Source: Burkholderiales bacterium (lineage in GTDB: Bacteria > Pseudomonadota > Gammaproteobacteria > Burkholderiales > Ga0077523). From it: 64,000 bases of DNA. The translations under genes and the position numbers were made by a program. Position 1 is the first letter of the stretch. Each line of letters opens with the position of its first letter. Below the pieces are notes generated by a model that saw nothing but the letters and a program-made list of their open reading frames with translations, was not told the origin of the DNA and did no database searches. Where the stretch lies: contig JBIIUM010000001.1 of assembly GCA_044339985.1 (NCBI GenBank), positions 2,895 to 66,894 on the forward strand. The letters run 5' to 3'. This document shows positions 25,149 to 33,747 of the stretch, one piece after another.

Positions 25149-26507
25149 TCATCCCCGCTCGCGCAGCGCCTGAACGGCCTCATCAATGCGCGATACGGCA
25201 ATGACCTCCATCCCCTCGATGGGCGAACGCGGCCGGTTGGCGCGCGGCACCAGGGCCAGGGTGAATCCAAGCTTGGCGGCTTCCCGCAGCCGCTCCTGGC
25301 CTCGCTGCACCGGACGCACCTCGCCCGCCAGGCCCACTTCGCCGAAGGCCACCAGCTTGGGCGGCAGGGGCCGCCCTCTTAACGAGGAGACAATGGCCAG
25401 CAGCACGGGCAGGTCGGCGGCAGGTTCGTCGATCTTCACCCCGCCCACGGCGTTCACGAATACATCCTGGTCGCGTACCGCCACGCCGGCATGGCGGTGC
25501 AGCACCGCCAACAACATGGCGAGCCGGTTCTGCTCCAGGCCCACGGTGAGCCGGCGGGGGTTCGACAGCGGGCTTTCGTCCACCAGCGCCTGGATCTCCA
25601 CCAGCAGCGGCCGGGTGCCCTCCTGGGTCACCATCACGCATGAGCCAGGCACCTCCTGGCCGTGCTGGGAGAGGAACAGCGCCGATGGGTTGGATACACC
25701 CTTCAAGCCCTTCTCCGTCATGGCGAACACACCAAGCTCATTGACGGCACCGAAGCGGTTCTTGATGGCACGCACCAGACGGAAGCTCGACTGGGGATCG
25801 CCTTCGAAATACAGCACGCAATCCACGATGTGCTCGAGCACCCGCGGACCGGCGATGGCGCCCTCCTTGGTGACGTGCCCCACCAGCAGCAGCGCGGTGC
25901 CGCTGGCCTTGGCGAAGCGGGTGAGCTGGGCGGCGCACTCGCGCACCTGTGCCACGCTGCCTGGGGCCGAGGCCAGCGCTTCGGAGTACAGGGTCTGGAT
26001 GGAGTCGATCACCGCCACCTCCGGCGCGCGCGACTGCAACTCGGCCAGCACGCGCTCGAGCTGGATCTCGGCCAGCAGCTCCACCGCACCGGCGTCCACC
26101 CCCAGCCGCCGCGCCCGCAGCGCCACTTGGCGCGCGGACTCCTCGCCGCTCACATACAGCACTCGCGAGCCGCTTCCCAGCGCCGCTAGGGCCTGCAGCA
26201 ACAAGGTGGACTTGCCGATGCCCGGGTCTCCGCCGATCAGCACCACGGCGCCCGCCACCAGACCACCGCCAAGCACGCGATCCAGTTCTGCGACGCCGGT
26301 GGGCCGGCGCGGCTGTTCGCCGGCATCCACCTCCGATAACCGCGCCACACGGCTTGCCGGGGCCACCCCCTGGTAGCGTGCAGGGGCGCTCTCGGCCACG
26401 CCCTCCACCAGCGTGTTCCACGCGCCGCAGTGCGGGCACTGCCCTTGCCATTTGGGCGATTCGCCGCCGCACTCGGTGCAGGCATAGGCAGACTTGGCTT
26501 TGGCCAT
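25149..26507 (-). CDS. radA: DNA repair protein RadA
   Basis: Internal ATG at 26507: MAKAKSAYACTECGGESPKWQGQCPHCGAWNTL (zinc finger), Walker A GGDPGIGKST, KNRFG motif and a Lon-like C-terminus. Confidence 0.95.
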   Translation of the reverse strand: MAKAKSAYACTECGGESPKWQGQCPHCGAWNTLVEGVAESAPARYQGVAPASRVARLSEVDAGEQPRRPTGVAELDRVLGGGLVAGAVVLIGGDPGIGKSTLLLQALAALGSGSRVLYVSGEESARQVALRARRLGVDAGAVELLAEIQLERVLAELQSRAPEVAVIDSIQTLYSEALASAPGSVAQVRECAAQLTRFAKASGTALLLVGHVTKEGAIAGPRVLEHIVDCVLYFEGDPQSSFRLVRAIKNRFGAVNELGVFAMTEKGLKGVSNPSALFLSQHGQEVPGSCVMVTQEGTRPLLVEIQALVDESPLSNPRRLTVGLEQNRLAMLLAVLHRHAGVAVRDQDVFVNAVGGVKIDEPAADLPVLLAIVSSLRGRPLPPKLVAFGEVGLAGEVRPVQRGQERLREAAKLGFTLALVPRANRPRSPIEGMEVIAVSRIDEAVQALRERG

Positions 26508-26608
26508 GGGCGGCGGAGGATGTGTGGAGAGCAATCGGACGAGCAACCAGTCTATCCCAGCCGCCGCCCCACCCCGGCACCGGAATCCACCTCGCGGATA
26601 ATGGCGCC

Positions 26609-27190
26609 ATGCCCTTCGCCTTCTACGATCGCCTGAGCGCGCTACGCCAGCGCACCTACTTGCGCAGTGACGCCATCGTGGAGCTCGCCCTGCCCGCGGG
26701 GCCGGACCTGCGCCCCGCCGCCGAGGCCATCGCGACGGGGTTGCGCGCCGAGCGCGAAGCGGAGGTGCAGGCGGCCTGCCAGGCGCTGCTGGAGGATCTC
26801 GCCGCGCGGTTCGGGGTGCCGCGGCTGCGGGTCCGGGTGTACGCAGTGCGCCCCAGCGGGGACTGGGGCGAACTGCACGGCATGTATTTTCCGGTCGAAG
26901 ACAGCGCGTCGGCGCGCATCGAGCTCTGGATGCGAACGGCCATGCGAGGCCGGGTGGTGGCACCGCGCACCTTTGCGCGCACCCTGGTGCACGAGTTCTG
27001 CCACCACCTGGATTACGAGCACTTCGGCTTCGACGAGACCTTTCACACCGAGGGCTTCTACAAGCGCGAGTCGCACCTGCTCAACCAGATCGCGGGGCCG
27101 CCGCAGCCGCGGAGCCGCGGGTCGGTTCAATCGGGCGCTGGGGCCACCGACACAGGCACGCGCGGTGCAAGCGCGCACAGCAGCTCGTAG
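26609..27190 (+). CDS. hypothetical HExxH protein (SprT/WLM-like putative zinc metallopeptidase)
   Basis: ATG at 26609 in the frame of ORF 25949..27190. Motif TLVHEFCHHLDYEHFG. Divergent from radA; the last 64 nt overlap the 3' end of alr on the opposite strand. Confidence 0.6.
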   Translation: MPFAFYDRLSALRQRTYLRSDAIVELALPAGPDLRPAAEAIATGLRAEREAEVQAACQALLEDLAARFGVPRLRVRVYAVRPSGDWGELHGMYFPVEDSASARIELWMRTAMRGRVVAPRTFARTLVHEFCHHLDYEHFGFDETFHTEGFYKRESHLLNQIAGPPQPRSRGSVQSGAGATDTGTRGASAHSSS

Positions 27191-28209
27191 CCCACGGTGC
27201 CGGCGGCACGGGCCACGCTATCCACAGGCAGGTCCGGCCCCCACAACTGCACCGGCGCGCCCACGCCCGCTCCAGGCAGCGGGGTAATGTCCACCGCCAG
27301 CAGGTCCATGGACACCCTGCCCAGGGTGCGGGTGGTCACGCCGGCCACCACCACCGGCGTGCCGGTGGGTGCGTGGCGCGGATAGCCGTCGGCGTAACCG
27401 CAAGCCACGATGCCAACGCGCACGGGCCCTTCGGCCACGAAACTGCCACCGTACCCCACGGCGTCTCCACGTTCGAGGGCCTGCACCGCGATCACCTCCG
27501 ACAGCAGTGTCATGGCGGGCCGCAGGCCAAGGCTGGCGGCAGCGTCACCGTCCTCGAAGGGCGAGGCGCCGTATAGGGCGATGCCAGGCCGAACCCAATC
27601 GCCGCGCGTGGCGGGATGGCGCAGCAGCGCGGCGGAATTGGCGCAGGACCGCACCGATGGCGTGCCAGCGCAGGCGCGTTCGAACAACCCCAGGGCATCT
27701 GTCACGCCGCCAGGCTGGTCGGCACGGGCAAAGTGGGTCATGAGCACCAGAGACGCCACGTTGCCATGGCCTTCGAGGACACCGCGCGCCCTACGGAACG
27801 CCTCCATTGGGAACCCCAGACGGTTCATTCCGCTGTTCATTTTCAGCCATACCTGAAGCGGTCGAGGCAACCGCACGCGCTGCAGCTGCTCGAGCTGTGC
27901 CGCCTCGTGCACCACCGTCGCCAGGCTGTGTCGTGCGCATAGTGCCAGTTCGGCTTCGTCGAAGGCGCCCTCCAGCAACAGCACCGTCCCGGAAAAGCCG
28001 GCTTCGCGGATGCGCAAGGCCTGGCCCATCTCCACCACGGCAAGCCCGTCGGACCTGCGCAGCGCGGGCAGGCAGCGCTGCAACCCGTGCCCGTAGGCAT
28101 CGGCCTTGGCCACCGCCATGACTTTGGCGTCGCCCGCGTGGCGGCGCAGCAAGGCCAGATTCACGGACAGGGCGGCGAGATCCACGACGGCGCGCAACGG
28201 GCGAGGCAT
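27127..28209 (-). CDS. alr: alanine racemase
   Basis: ATG at 28209 (MPRPLRAVVDL). PLP-lysine motif AVAKADAYGHG. Full-length Alr pattern. Confidence 0.93.
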   Translation of the reverse strand: MPRPLRAVVDLAALSVNLALLRRHAGDAKVMAVAKADAYGHGLQRCLPALRRSDGLAVVEMGQALRIREAGFSGTVLLLEGAFDEAELALCARHSLATVVHEAAQLEQLQRVRLPRPLQVWLKMNSGMNRLGFPMEAFRRARGVLEGHGNVASLVLMTHFARADQPGGVTDALGLFERACAGTPSVRSCANSAALLRHPATRGDWVRPGIALYGASPFEDGDAAASLGLRPAMTLLSEVIAVQALERGDAVGYGGSFVAEGPVRVGIVACGYADGYPRHAPTGTPVVVAGVTTRTLGRVSMDLLAVDITPLPGAGVGAPVQLWGPDLPVDSVARAAGTVGYELLCALAPRVPVSVAPAPD

Positions 28210-28372
28210 GCTGGGTTCTCGTGGGCTGGTGGCAACGAGCGCCACACATCGGATTCTAGCTGTGCGTTCTCACCGTACGACGTTTGGCAAGGGCAAACAT
28301 GCTATAAAGCCGTCGCGCCGGCATCGCCGCGCCTACGAAAACACCGATCCACAGTCACGCTCAGCACGCCCG

Positions 28373-29614
28373 ATGAATCGCGGCTTCTATACGATCCTCG
28401 CGGCTCAATTCTTCTCCGCCCTCGCCGACAACGCGCTGCTGTTCGCCGCCATCGCGCTGCTCAAGGAGCTCACCGCGCCGGACTGGCAAACGCCGGTGCT
28501 GCAGCAGTTCTTCGTGTTCGCTTACATCGCGCTGGCGCCCTTCGTGGGCCCCTTCGCCGATTCGCTGCCCAAGGGCCGCGTGATGTTCGTGAGCAACGCG
28601 GTGAAGATCGGCGGTTGCGCTGGAATGCTGGCCGGCATTCACCCGCTCTACGCCTACGGCATCGTGGGCATCGGCGCGGCCATGTACTCGCCGGCCAAGT
28701 ACGGCATCCTCACCGAGTTCCTGCCGCCCTCGAAGCTGGTGCTGGCCAACGGCTGGATGGAAGGTCTTACGGTGGCATCCATCATTCTCGGGGCCATCAT
28801 CGGCGGCATCATGGTGGGGGACCACTTCTCCAACTGGATGTTCGGCAAGTTTCCGTTGCTGGGCGATCTGCCGCGACTGGACAGCGCGCCGGAACTCGCC
28901 ATTTTGGTGATCCTGCTGCTCTACCTGGTGGCTGCGCTCATCAATCTCTACATCCCCCGCGTCGCCATCGACCGCCGCCTGGCGCGCCGCGACCCCCTGT
29001 TCCTGCTGCAGGACTTCTGGCACAGCTTCCGGCTGCTGTGGCGCGACCCGCTGGGCCAGGTGTCGCTGGCGGTGACCACGCTGTTCTGGGGCGCGGGAGC
29101 CACACTGCGGCTGATCGTACTGTCCTGGGCAGCCCTGAACCTCAACTTCAGCCTCGAAAAAGCCACTCAGCTCACCGCCGTGGTGGCGGTGGGCATTGCC
29201 ATCGGCTCGGTGCTGGCGGCTAAGCTGGTGGCCCTGGAGCGGGCCGTGAAGGTGCTGCCGGTGGGCATTGCCATGGGTCTGCTGGTGTGCGGCATGACCC
29301 TGGTGCACGACTGGCGCCTGGCCGTGGTGCTGCTCATCGCCACCGGCGCCATGGGCGGGTTCTTCGTGGTGCCCATGAATGCCCTGTTGCAGCACCGCGG
29401 CCATCTGCTCATGGGTGCTGGTCACTCCATCGCCGTGCAGAACTTCAACGAAAACCTCAGCATCCTGGCCATGTTGGGCTGCTACGCTCTCATGCTCAAG
29501 GCCGAGTCGCCCCTGTGGCTGGTGATCGTGGTGTTCGGGCTGTTCGTGACTGGCACCATGACCGTCGTCTGGCGTCGCCACCGAAACGATCAGGACGCGC
29601 CGCCGGCCGGCTGA
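28373..29614 (+). CDS. lplT: lysophospholipid transporter LplT (MFS)
   Basis: ATG at 28373: MNRGFYTILAAQFFSALADNALLFAAIALL, an LplT-type MFS N-terminus. About 12 TM helices. Confidence 0.85.
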   Translation: MNRGFYTILAAQFFSALADNALLFAAIALLKELTAPDWQTPVLQQFFVFAYIALAPFVGPFADSLPKGRVMFVSNAVKIGGCAGMLAGIHPLYAYGIVGIGAAMYSPAKYGILTEFLPPSKLVLANGWMEGLTVASIILGAIIGGIMVGDHFSNWMFGKFPLLGDLPRLDSAPELAILVILLLYLVAALINLYIPRVAIDRRLARRDPLFLLQDFWHSFRLLWRDPLGQVSLAVTTLFWGAGATLRLIVLSWAALNLNFSLEKATQLTAVVAVGIAIGSVLAAKLVALERAVKVLPVGIAMGLLVCGMTLVHDWRLAVVLLIATGAMGGFFVVPMNALLQHRGHLLMGAGHSIAVQNFNENLSILAMLGCYALMLKAESPLWLVIVVFGLFVTGTMTVVWRRHRNDQDAPPAG

Positions 29615-29618
29615 GACC

Positions 29619-30131
29619 TCAGAGAATCACCGGGCGATCCGGAAGCTCGTTGCCATTGCTGCCATCACCTGGCGGGAAGTGGGCGGCAAGCTGCGCCCCC
29701 ACGGCAGCGATTCCCTCGATCACGCCCTGCTCGAACAGCCCCTGGCGGAAGCGGGCTTCCATACGCTCGCAGATGGACTCCCACGCGGCCGCGCCGCAGC
29801 AGGCGTGAATGCCACGGTCGGCCACGATCTCCACGTCGCGGTCGGCCAGCAGCAGGTAGATCAGCACGCCATTGTTGTGTGCCGTGTCCCACACCCGCAG
29901 CAGCGAGAACACGTCCACGGCGCGCTCGCGTGCACCCTGCCCTGCAAGCAGCGCCGCGCCTTCCAGCGAGGGCTCCACGGCGAAGCGGATCTGGCCGGCA
30001 TGGGTGCACTCGGCCGCGGCGATGGCCGCCTCGATGGCCGCAAGGGACGCAGGCGGGAAGGCGCGGCGCACGGCAGCCCGGCCGGTGAGCAGATGCTTCA
30101 GCCGCCGGTAGAAAGCCTTCACGGCGGGCAC
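29619..30131 (-). CDS. TPM-domain protein (third gene of the LemA/TPM operon)
   Basis: GTG at 30131 next to the upstream stop. Sequence: IRFAVEPSLE...NNGVLIYLLLADRDVEIVADRGI. Confidence 0.6.
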   Translation of the reverse strand: MPAVKAFYRRLKHLLTGRAAVRRAFPPASLAAIEAAIAAAECTHAGQIRFAVEPSLEGAALLAGQGARERAVDVFSLLRVWDTAHNNGVLIYLLLADRDVEIVADRGIHACCGAAAWESICERMEARFRQGLFEQGVIEGIAAVGAQLAAHFPPGDGSNGNELPDRPVIL

Positions 30132-30132
30132 C

Positions 30133-30990
30133 TCACCACCGCCCGGAGGCGCCACCGCCCCCGAAGCCGCCACCACCCCCGCCCCAGCTTCCGCCACCGC
30201 CACCCCAGCCGGAGCCGCCACCGTGCCAGCCGCCGCGTCCTGGGCGGCCGTTTCCGCCCAGAGTGAACAGGAACGCCAGCACGGCCACCACCAGAGCCAC
30301 CAGCAGCGCACCGGCGATGAGCAGGGCGGCGCCGCCCGCCAGCCCCGCCACCACGGCGGCTGCCGGGACGCGCCCGATGAGCGTGCGCAGGATGCCGCCC
30401 ACCACGATCACCAGCACCATGCCGACGACGAACAGCGCCTCGAGGTTTCCCCCAGCGCCAGGGCGGCCCCGTGGAGCCGCCGGTTCGGGCAACGCCTCTC
30501 CATCCACCACGCGGATGATGCGGTCCACGCCCGCCTCGATGCCACCGGCAAGGTCGCCCTGCCGGAATCGCGGCAACACAGCCTCGTCGATGATGCGCTT
30601 GCTCACCAGGTCGGGGAGCGCGCCCTCAAGCCCGTAACCCACTTCGATGCGCACCTCCCGGTCGTCGCGGGCCACCAGCAGGATGGCGCCATCGTCCACA
30701 CCCTTGCGGCCAAGCTTCCAGGCCTCCGCCACGCGGATGGCGTACTGCTCGATGGCCTCGGGCCGCGTGGTGGGGATCACCAGCACCGCCAGTTGGCTGC
30801 CCTTGCGCGCTTCCAGGTCGGCAAGGCGCTGCGTCAGCGCCTGCTGCACGGGCGCAGGCAACGCCCCGGCGAGGTCGGTGACCCGCGCCACCGGCGGCAC
30901 CGGAACCTCGGCGCGCGCGGGCACCGCGGCCACCAAGGCCGCCAGCAGCAGCAGCGCGTCGGGGCGTTGCAGGCCCAAGGCCGCGCCCAT
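30133..30990 (-). CDS. TPM-domain protein (YgcG-like) with signal peptide, C-terminal TM segments and Gly-rich tail
   Basis: 285 aa. GAILLVARDDREVRIEVGYGLEG is the TPM core. Tail: GGGGSWGGGGGGFGGGGASGRW. Confidence 0.8.
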   Translation of the reverse strand: MGAALGLQRPDALLLLAALVAAVPARAEVPVPPVARVTDLAGALPAPVQQALTQRLADLEARKGSQLAVLVIPTTRPEAIEQYAIRVAEAWKLGRKGVDDGAILLVARDDREVRIEVGYGLEGALPDLVSKRIIDEAVLPRFRQGDLAGGIEAGVDRIIRVVDGEALPEPAAPRGRPGAGGNLEALFVVGMVLVIVVGGILRTLIGRVPAAAVVAGLAGGAALLIAGALLVALVVAVLAFLFTLGGNGRPGRGGWHGGGSGWGGGGGSWGGGGGGFGGGGASGRW

Positions 30991-31608
30991 CTACTTTGCG
31001 GGCGCGCCCGCCGGCCTGGAAAAGTCCACCACCGGCGGCCTGGCGATAGCCGCCTCGTTCTCCACGGAGAAGGTGGCCTTCTCCTTGTAGCCGAACACCA
31101 TGGCGGTGAGATTGACGGGAAACTGCCGCACGGTGGTGTTGTACGCCTTCACCGCGTCGATGTAGCGCTTGCGCGCCACGGCGATGCGGTTCTCCGTGCC
31201 CGCGAGTTCGGCCTGCAGGTCGCGGAAGCTCTGGTCCGACTTGAGGTTCGGGTAGTTCTCGGCCACCACCAGCAGACGCGACAGGGCCGAGGTCATCTCG
31301 CCCTGGGCCTTGACGTACCGGTCGAGCGCCGCGGGATCGTTCACCAGCTCCGGGCTGGCCTGGATGGCGCCCACCCGGGCCCGGGCCTCGGTAACCCCCA
31401 GCAGGATCTCCTTCTCCTGATCCGCGTATCCCTGGACCGTCTTGACCAGGTTGGGGATCAGGTCGGCACGGCGTTGGTACTGGCTGATCACCTCGCCCCA
31501 GCCGCCCTTCACATCCTCGTCCTGGGACTGGATGGTGTTGTAGCCGCACCCCGGGAGCAGGGTAGCGAGGGCAAGCAGCAGCAGGGTCCAGGGACGGCTC
31601 CACACCAT
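30991..31608 (-). CDS. LemA family protein
   Basis: ATG at 31608 after AAGGAGA. Lipobox-like LLPGC; LemA pattern QSQDEDVKGGWGEVISQYQRRADLIPNLV. Confidence 0.9.
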   Translation of the reverse strand: MVWSRPWTLLLLALATLLPGCGYNTIQSQDEDVKGGWGEVISQYQRRADLIPNLVKTVQGYADQEKEILLGVTEARARVGAIQASPELVNDPAALDRYVKAQGEMTSALSRLLVVAENYPNLKSDQSFRDLQAELAGTENRIAVARKRYIDAVKAYNTTVRQFPVNLTAMVFGYKEKATFSVENEAAIARPPVVDFSRPAGAPAK

Positions 31609-31672
31609 GGCATTCTCCTTTGCGCCGATCGTCGGCGCCGTGAAAGCGTTGTTGGGCCGGAAGGGCGCGAAT

Positions 31673-32446
31673 TCAACCGTCCGCGAGCGCACCGGCCTCG
31701 ATATGTGCCATGGTGTCGCGGGCCAGGCACAGGTCTTCCCACGCCTTGGCCTTGTCGGGCGGGTTGCGCAGCAGGTACGCAGGATGATAGGTCACCAGCA
31801 ACGGGCTGCCACGGTAGCCGTGTACCCGCCCGCGCAACGCCGCCACCGTCGAGTCCTGGTTGAGCAGCGTCACGGCGGCCACTTTGCCCAGGGCCACGAT
31901 CAAGCGCGGGCGGATCAGGTCCACCTGCCGCTCCAGAAAAGGCATGCAACAGGCGGCCTCGGCGGGCTCGGGGTTGCGGTTGGCGGGCGGGCGGCACTTC
32001 ACCACGTTGGCAATGAACACCCCCTGGCCACGCTTGAGGCCGATTGCGGCCAGCATGGCGTCCAGCAATTGTCCAGCCTTGCCCACGAAAGGCTCGCCCC
32101 GCGCGTCCTCCTCGGCGCCCGGCCCCTCGCCCACGAATAGCCAGCGGGCAGCGCGGTCTCCCACGCCGAACACCGTCCTGGTACGGGTTCGCGCCAAGGC
32201 GCAGGCATTGCAGCCGGCCACGGCCCCTTCCAGCGACGGCCAGTCCATGGCGGCGATGGCACCGGCCCTGACTCGCGGCGCGCCCTCATCACCCTCGGGC
32301 TCGGCAATCGGCGTGGCGGACGGCCCCGCCACCGCCACGCCGGCGGCGACCGCCGTTGCCGGGGCGCCCCCTTGGCGCAGCACCCATGCAGGACCCAGGC
32401 CCAGGGCCTCGAGAACCTCCGGCGACACCCGAGGTTCCCTGGTCAT
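31673..32446 (-). CDS. uracil-DNA glycosylase, family 4, with an N-terminal extension of about 75 aa
   Basis: ATG at 32446 (ATGA overlap with the rimI stop). Motifs GEGPGAEED, GEPFVGKAGQLL and HPAYLLR. Confidence 0.85.
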   Translation of the reverse strand: MTREPRVSPEVLEALGLGPAWVLRQGGAPATAVAAGVAVAGPSATPIAEPEGDEGAPRVRAGAIAAMDWPSLEGAVAGCNACALARTRTRTVFGVGDRAARWLFVGEGPGAEEDARGEPFVGKAGQLLDAMLAAIGLKRGQGVFIANVVKCRPPANRNPEPAEAACCMPFLERQVDLIRPRLIVALGKVAAVTLLNQDSTVAALRGRVHGYRGSPLLVTYHPAYLLRNPPDKAKAWEDLCLARDTMAHIEAGALADG

Positions 32447-32919
32447 GGCGTAGTTACCGCCAGGGAAAGCTCCATGATCACCGCGTCCTCCCGTCCGCCA
32501 TGGGCTGGATAGTAGTTGCGGCGCACCGCCAGCTGGCGGAATCCCTCGGCAGAATACAGAGCACGCGCAGCCCCATTGGAGGGCCGCACCTCCAGCAGCA
32601 ACGTGGCGGCACCCATCTCCCGAGCCCGGGCCGCCAGGAACGCAAGCAAGTCCCGTCCGATGCCGCGGCGTTGCCAGGGCCGCGCCACGCTCAGATTGAG
32701 CAGGTGCGCCTCGCCCACGCCCATCATCAAAACGCCGTAGGCACGCAACTCGCCGGCGCTCTCCAGGACCCACGCCGGGTAGCCAGAGCGCAAGGAATCC
32801 TCGAAGTTTCCCCGCGTCCAGGGATGGGAATAGATGTCCTTCTCCACGGCGACCACGGCATCCAGGTCCGTCTCTCGCATGGGACGCAGCCGTGGCACGC
32901 ACTGCGTTTGCGCTCTCAT
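32443..32919 (-). CDS. rimI: ribosomal-protein-alanine N-acetyltransferase
   Basis: 158-aa GNAT with the acetyl-CoA motif RPWQRRGIGRDLL. Located between tsaB and udg, as is common. Confidence 0.85.
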   Translation of the reverse strand: MRAQTQCVPRLRPMRETDLDAVVAVEKDIYSHPWTRGNFEDSLRSGYPAWVLESAGELRAYGVLMMGVGEAHLLNLSVARPWQRRGIGRDLLAFLAARAREMGAATLLLEVRPSNGAARALYSAEGFRQLAVRRNYYPAHGGREDAVIMELSLAVTTP

Positions 32920-33587
32920 CGCTCCGCCCGTGTCAGGGCCACCTTGTCGCGCAGGTACACCGGCGCCAGCGCCTCGGGTGGATGGCGCTCTCCGGCCGCG
33001 AAACGCGCCGCGGCGAGACCCGCCACCCAGCGCGCCTCGGGAACACTGTCAGGACGCACCTGATCGAGCGCGCCCAGCACGCTGGCCAACGCCTCGCCGT
33101 GCCGGGCAAAACCGCTGCCGCACCCGATCCACTGATCGCCCGCCGGCAGCCGCAGCGCCAGCGGCGCACAAACCCGCGGCGCCAGCACCGCGCACGGCAG
33201 AGCTCCCTCGTGCATCTCGTAGGCTGCCGCGTAGACCTCACCCATGCGCGCATCCAGGCACGCAATCACCCGCGGAGCCTGCGCGCCGGCGGCGAGCGCC
33301 TCGAGCGTGCCCACGGGAATCACCGGCAAGTCGGCGCCATAGGCGAGGCCCTGGGCCACGGCGGTGGCGATGCGCAGGCCGGTGAAGGAACCCGGCCCTA
33401 CCGCGCACGCCAGCGCATCGAGGGCACCCAGCGGCAAACCCGCCTCGGCCAGCAGCCCCTGCACCATGGGCAGCAACAGCTCGGAATGACCCTGCCCGGC
33501 GCGCTGCAGGCGCTGCAGCGCCTCACCGTTCACCAGCAAGGCGGCGGAGCAGTATTCGGAAGAGGTATCGAGGGCGAGGAGCTTCAA
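32916..33587 (-). CDS. tsaB: tRNA threonylcarbamoyladenosine biosynthesis protein TsaB
   Basis: 223 aa with motifs MKLLALDTSSEYCSAAL and GPGSFTGLRI. Confidence 0.9.
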   Translation of the reverse strand: MKLLALDTSSEYCSAALLVNGEALQRLQRAGQGHSELLLPMVQGLLAEAGLPLGALDALACAVGPGSFTGLRIATAVAQGLAYGADLPVIPVGTLEALAAGAQAPRVIACLDARMGEVYAAAYEMHEGALPCAVLAPRVCAPLALRLPAGDQWIGCGSGFARHGEALASVLGALDQVRPDSVPEARWVAGLAAARFAAGERHPPEALAPVYLRDKVALTRAER

Positions 33588-33747
33588 TCGGGGGCGCGAG
33601 GATTACGGGGCGGTGTCTCGGTCTGATACTGCCGGATTGTAACGGCCAGCAAAGCGACCCCATCGCTATAATCTTTCCCGGATTCAGGCTTGCGCGGCAA
33701 GCGCCGGCTACCCCCGCCACAAGGAAACGACCCCAGGAGGAAAGCCC

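Noticed and set aside
25149-26963. N-terminal extensions of long ORFs (radA 604 aa; likewise 31673..32902, 46793..47668, 17415..18422, 28106..29614, 47754..51578)
   Set aside because: The extensions are Arg/Pro-rich and overlap neighbouring genes or promoters. Internal starts give canonical N-termini (for example the MAKAKSAYACTECG zinc finger of RadA).
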